Below, piece after piece: positions 60,999-64,000 of a stretch of 64,000 nt of DNA. The position numbers and the translations under genes are program-made. Each line of letters starts with the position of its first letter. The first letter of the stretch is position 1. The notes beneath the pieces were generated by a model, which saw nothing but the letters and a program-made list of their open reading frames with translations, was not told where the DNA came from and made no database searches. The stretch is taken from assembly GCA_020353515.1 (NCBI GenBank), contig CP070695.1:2030064-2094063 (forward strand). Reading direction: 5' to 3'. The stretch is from Candidatus Heimdallarchaeota archaeon. Lineage in GTDB: Archaea > Asgardarchaeota > Heimdallarchaeia > Hodarchaeales > Hodarchaeaceae.

Positions 60999-61565
60999 TT
61001 AAGAATAATATTTGCTGTAACTTCTTAATCCTAATTCCGTGAAAGCTTTATCAACATTTACACCTGTTTTTGCGGAAGTTTCAAGAAATTGAATCTTGTT
61101 GTCAATATTCTTAAATTTGTTTGTTAATTTATCGTTTATGAATTCTTGCGCTTCTTTTTCATTAATGTTATGAGTACCGACGTCTCGTAAATCTAATTTA
61201 TTGCCAAGAACGATGATTACCATACCTGTTGAACCAGAATGTTGATTGAGTTCATCTAACCAGCGTTGTAAATTGTATAAGGTCTGTGGACTAGTGATAT
61301 CAAATATGAGGAGGGAACCTACTGCATGTTTGAAATAAAGCGTCCTTACTTCACTGAAAGTTGGTTGGCTCGCAAGATCCCAGATCTGGAATCGAATCTC
61401 TTTAGATTCAGAACCCACTTTTATTGCAGTTTTTTTTGTTACAAAATCTGAACCAAGGGTTGGTAAGTATTCACTCTGGAAACCCCTTCCTAAATACCTA
61501 CTTCGTAAGGAAGTTTTCCCCACCTTCCCGTCTCCACATAAACAGATTTTTGTTATTAATGCCAC
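60999..61565 (-). CDS. Rab-like small GTPase, tandem paralog with atypical G3 (DLASQ)
   Basis: GDGKVGKT, PTLGSDF, WDLASQ, NKLD and ETSAK motifs. Confidence 0.92.
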   Translation of the reverse strand: MALITKICLCGDGKVGKTSLRSRYLGRGFQSEYLPTLGSDFVTKKTAIKVGSESKEIRFQIWDLASQPTFSEVRTLYFKHAVGSLLIFDITSPQTLYNLQRWLDELNQHSGSTGMVIIVLGNKLDLRDVGTHNINEKEAQEFINDKLTNKFKNIDNKIQFLETSAKTGVNVDKAFTELGLRSYSKYYS

Positions 61566-61662
61566 TACTTAACAAACACCCAATATATTTTACCTATATT
61601 TTAAGCACAACAAATAATTACATCTCTTGGTATAAAATTATATTTCTTTAATGATATTGTAA

Positions 61663-61962
61663 TCTAGGTTAGAAAATGCCTGTAAACATAACCCTGGAGA
61701 TATGCCAGTTGTATTATTAATAAAGTGGCAGATAAAAGGATTACACATAACGGTACAAGATTATGGAGAAGGCCTACCTGCTGAAATAATTGCTAAAGTC
61801 TATAGCCCTTTTACCTCTAGAGTTACAAGTTATAGCGCAGGAGGTCTTGGTTTAGGATTGACGATAACTAAAAGTATTATTGATCAACATGGCGGGGAGA
61901 TTATTATCGAAGCAGCAAAGAATGAGGGTACAAAAGTCAGGATATTTATTCCACCAGTTTAA
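61663..61962 (+). pseudogene. Isolated HATPase_c (histidine kinase ATP-binding) remnant
   Basis: N box LENACKH (from 61669) lies upstream of the ATG; G1 DYGEG, F box and G2 GLGLGL present; in-frame TAA at 61660 and no HisKA domain. Confidence 0.7.
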
Positions 61963-61970
61963 TATCATTT

Positions 61971-64000
61971 TTAGAGATTAAATTGAGGGATGATAATTTT
62001 CACATCAGGAGAACAACCAATCCAAAGAGCTTCGTAAATTTGCTCTGGAGGAATTTTAAGAAGTTTAGCTAAGATACTCCAGGCATCATTATATAAAAGC
62101 ATTCTTGATTCTGATAATAATCCTTTGTCTGCAGCTTCGTTAAATAGCTTTTCAGGATGGTGTGCTGCACGTTCGGGGAACCTGTGAGCAACAACTAGAC
62201 ATTTAAGCGAATTAAGTCCAGCTCGAGAGATAGGAATATCAATCCGTCCTCTCTTTAATCCTTCATCAAACATTTTCAATTTAAAAGTATCTATAACGAA
62301 TGGTTTCAGTAAAGGGAGAGGAAAATATTTATTGAGAATTGATTCAACCTGGGGGCCATAAAATCTCTTATCAACAATTCCAAGATCTTGGATCGAGATA
62401 TTTTTTTCGAGATCCTGAATCGCACGAGAAAATATCTTTTTTGTGAATCTAGATGGTTTTTCTCTAAGAAACACAAATATTCTGAATGTTGGTGTTGCTG
62501 CAATTAAAACTTGGACTTGGTGTTGTTCAATTACACTCATACGAATTATTCCATTCTCTGTTTCCGAAACCTCTTCATCTTGTTGTACTTGCTCCATAAA
62601 ATCTGCTTGAAATGACTGGAGAAACGTATCAATACTTACTGACAGGCCACTCAATGTATCATTTAATGTTTCACCTTTCTGGTACAAGACATTGGTTATA
62701 TTATAAATAGGAACGCCAACTTCTGTGCTTACTAGAATTGTATATACATTAGAAATTATCAATAATCTATCTTCAAACTCTCTCAATCTTTTGAATTTTA
62801 CACTTCTTTTTCTTTGAATGGAACGTACAGGTAGAAGTATACCGATAAGAATAATTATTGTGACAAGTACAATTAAGAATATTTGTGGTAGATTAAGCTC
62901 TGGCTGAAGTAGTTTAACAAGACGTTCTTCATGATCATGTGTATCAATCGAAGAATTTTTCATTCTTGAATTACCTAATCCATCCGTTGCATTTACATAA
63001 CATGAGAAGTGAACATCTGGATCGAAATCATATGCAATAGTGACCCAGTACCACCAAATCACACCTGAGTTGTTAAGGTAAATCATTGGGATTTGGAAAT
63101 TCTCACTAATTTCAGAACCTGCTCCCATCCTAGAAATTGTAGAAGAATTAGTGATTGAATAATGGAGAATAGCTCCTACTATTCCAGAATATTCCTCAAG
63201 TTTTGCATAAATTATCAAATTTTCTGGATTTTGTTCATTATCCTTCTCCAAAAGTATCTCAAGTACTCTTGGAGGAGCTTTGTCTTCTGCTGTAAAATTG
63301 AACTTGAAGTAATTGAAAATTCGAAAAGTTTTTCCTCCAGTGTTAAATTGCGAAAAGGTATAAATTCTTACAGATATACTTTCGTTCATCCAATCTAATA
63401 AATCTATTGTTAAATTCCAATGATTTGAATTGAGGTGAGTACCATTCAATAGAATAAAACTACTATTTGGGAAAGTAATCTCAAACTTAACCATAATGGA
63501 ATCATGGAAGCTAATATCTGTAATTTCTGCAGTGAGATTATAACGGACATCCATTGATATATCTGGTTGAAATTTATAACTTTCAATTAATGGACGACTT
63601 ATAATGCTAATCATGCTCAAATTCTTTGGTAAACCAGTTACTATCCCATCAAAAGGTATGAATCTCGCATACCATACTTCTCCAACTCTAGTATTATATT
63701 TCTGTATAAAGGTTTGATTTTCAAAGTCTCTCATTTCGACCCAAGAACCATTTAGCAGTTGTTTAAACCATTGGATTAGAGTATGGTCAGGATCCATATC
63801 ATTATCAGAGAAAGTATAAGTGATGTTTATATGCTCATCAACAACGTAGAATTCGTTCATTCTAGTATTTGGTGTTACATTGGCCAAACTTTCATCGAAA
63901 TAATAAATCAGATTCAATATCAGAGGTGGTGAATTAATTATCTTCAATGTAGATGAGTTAACAAAACGCGACCATTGAGTTCCGTCAGTATTGCGTATAA
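61971..64000 (-). CDS. Large single-pass surface protein (Ig-like domains, TM, cytoplasmic longin-like and helical domains); 5' end beyond the window
   Basis: Frame open to the window edge; N-x-S/T-rich beta domains (NSPP, DKAPP, YVNATD..GN); TM IFLIVLVTIIILIGILLPV followed by a basic stop-transfer; YTILVSTEVGVPIY...LSGLSVSIDTFL longin-like pattern. Confidence 0.8.
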   Translation of the reverse strand, partial: IRNTDGTQWSRFVNSSTLKIINSPPLILNLIYYFDESLANVTPNTRMNEFYVVDEHINITYTFSDNDMDPDHTLIQWFKQLLNGSWVEMRDFENQTFIQKYNTRVGEVWYARFIPFDGIVTGLPKNLSMISIISRPLIESYKFQPDISMDVRYNLTAEITDISFHDSIMVKFEITFPNSSFILLNGTHLNSNHWNLTIDLLDWMNESISVRIYTFSQFNTGGKTFRIFNYFKFNFTAEDKAPPRVLEILLEKDNEQNPENLIIYAKLEEYSGIVGAILHYSITNSSTISRMGAGSEISENFQIPMIYLNNSGVIWWYWVTIAYDFDPDVHFSCYVNATDGLGNSRMKNSSIDTHDHEERLVKLLQPELNLPQIFLIVLVTIIILIGILLPVRSIQRKRSVKFKRLREFEDRLLIISNVYTILVSTEVGVPIYNITNVLYQKGETLNDTLSGLSVSIDTFLQSFQADFMEQVQQDEEVSETENGIIRMSVIEQHQVQVLIAATPTFRIFVFLREKPSRFTKKIFSRAIQDLEKNISIQDLGIVDKRFYGPQVESILNKYFPLPLLKPFVIDTFKLKMFDEGLKRGRIDIPISRAGLNSLKCLVVAHRFPERAAHHPEKLFNEAADKGLLSESRMLLYNDAWSILAKLLKIPPEQIYEALWIGCSPDVKIIIPQFNL

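Noticed and set aside
829-63398. Numerous short antisense or alternate-frame ORFs in the track (e.g. 829-1281, 23631-24074, 27317-27850, 38337-38810, 55125-55469)
   Set aside because: They lie within well-supported genes and have no motifs, so they are shadow ORFs
1-64000. CRISPR arrays, tRNA/rRNA genes, IS elements or proviral genes
   Set aside because: No regularly spaced repeats, GC-rich structural RNA blocks, or transposase, integrase or capsid motifs were seen by eye; tRNAscan-SE and Infernal would be needed to exclude small RNAs fully

Overview
AT-rich, gene-dense archaeal chromosomal segment. It very probably comes from an Asgard archaeon (Heimdallarchaeia/Hodarchaeales-like, by inference), because it encodes four Ras-superfamily small GTPases (three Rab-like and one Arf/Sar1-like fused to a longin-like domain) and three further proteins with longin-like domains. 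Most genes are heterotrophic housekeeping or accessory functions: rpiA, PHP phosphatase, CDF/MFS/DMT/ABC transporters, AKRs, SDRs, LLM and split-barrel flavin/F420 proteins, QueG-like Fe-S proteins, dipeptidase, aminotransferase and a 2-hydroxyacyl-CoA dehydratase pair. I saw no rRNA, tRNA, CRISPR array, transposase or integrase. The most interesting signal is a candidate receptor-longin-GTPase signalling toolkit: a 7TM-longin protein, a single-pass Ig-like/TM/longin protein next to a tandem Rab-like pair (one with G3 DxxG changed to DxxS), a double-longin protein, and a Sar1/SRbeta-like DLGGH GTPase-longin fusion next to a Zn-finger/REase-fold gene. Also notable are a PadR/HAAS-RDD/FtsX operon whose second ATPase carries a long N-terminal extension, two genes that appear to need ATA or CTG starts, a DUF169 pseudogene with three in-frame stops, and several structured intergenic elements. 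All family calls come from motif recognition by eye, with no database searches.
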